This document shows positions 63,752 through 64,000 of a stretch of 64,000 nt of DNA, in pieces. Positions within the stretch are counted from its first letter, which is position 1, and every line of letters begins with the position of its first letter. The translations under genes were made by a program, and so were the position numbers. The notes beneath the pieces are model-generated. The model searched no databases, had not been told where the DNA came from, and saw only the letters and a program-made list of their open reading frames with translations. The stretch comes from Octopus vulgaris (lineage: Eukaryota): NCBI GenBank assembly GCA_951406725.2, contig OX597818.1, positions 80,972,001 through 81,036,000 on the forward strand, given 5' to 3'.

Positions 63752-64000
63752 TCTGCTGATATCACTTGAAGCTTGGCTTAATGTGTTTTTAGACACAAAT
63801 TCTACAAAGAGACAATTTTCCTTCCATGACAACAAAATTCCATAGCATATTCCTTTCATATTTTAGTGTAGAGTAACATGTTAAAAATAAACGTACACAT
63901 TTTTTATTTTGATCCTAACTGCTTCATGTGTGCATAAATCATCATCATCATTATCAGCAGTACATCTGTTTTTCTATGCTTGCATCAATTGCATGAGTTC

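Overview
AT-rich, microsatellite- and SINE-dense animal genomic DNA. The repeat families look like Octopus (coleoid cephalopod); this is recognition from memory, not a database result. Almost all ORFs in the supplied track are artefacts of (TA)n/(TG)n/(TAT)n repeats or SINEs. The only host-gene sequence I can support is two short + strand coding exons (45104-45179 and 58753-58845). They splice in frame to part of an IMD/I-BAR domain of an IRSp53/BAIAP2-like protein, so most of the window is probably intronic. The rest is transposon debris: three tRNA-derived SINE families, RTE, R4/Dong and CR1/Jockey LINE fragments, Penelope-like elements (PLEs) with GIY-YIG domains and inverted pseudo-LTRs, Tc1 and maT/mariner remnants, piggyBac- and hAT-type MITEs, a Helentron-like HINE, and a young 228-bp satellite. 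The most unusual signal is a dense set of about 12 type I hammerhead-ribozyme (HHR) or HHR-like motifs, several at the centre of fold-back repeats. Also notable are two diverged but homologous 300-385 bp highly structured elements (58317-58611 and 62188-62572). Each has 12-13 bp target-site duplications (TSDs) and asymmetric inverted repeats, and one has a degenerate HHR; they are a candidate undescribed retrozyme-like family.
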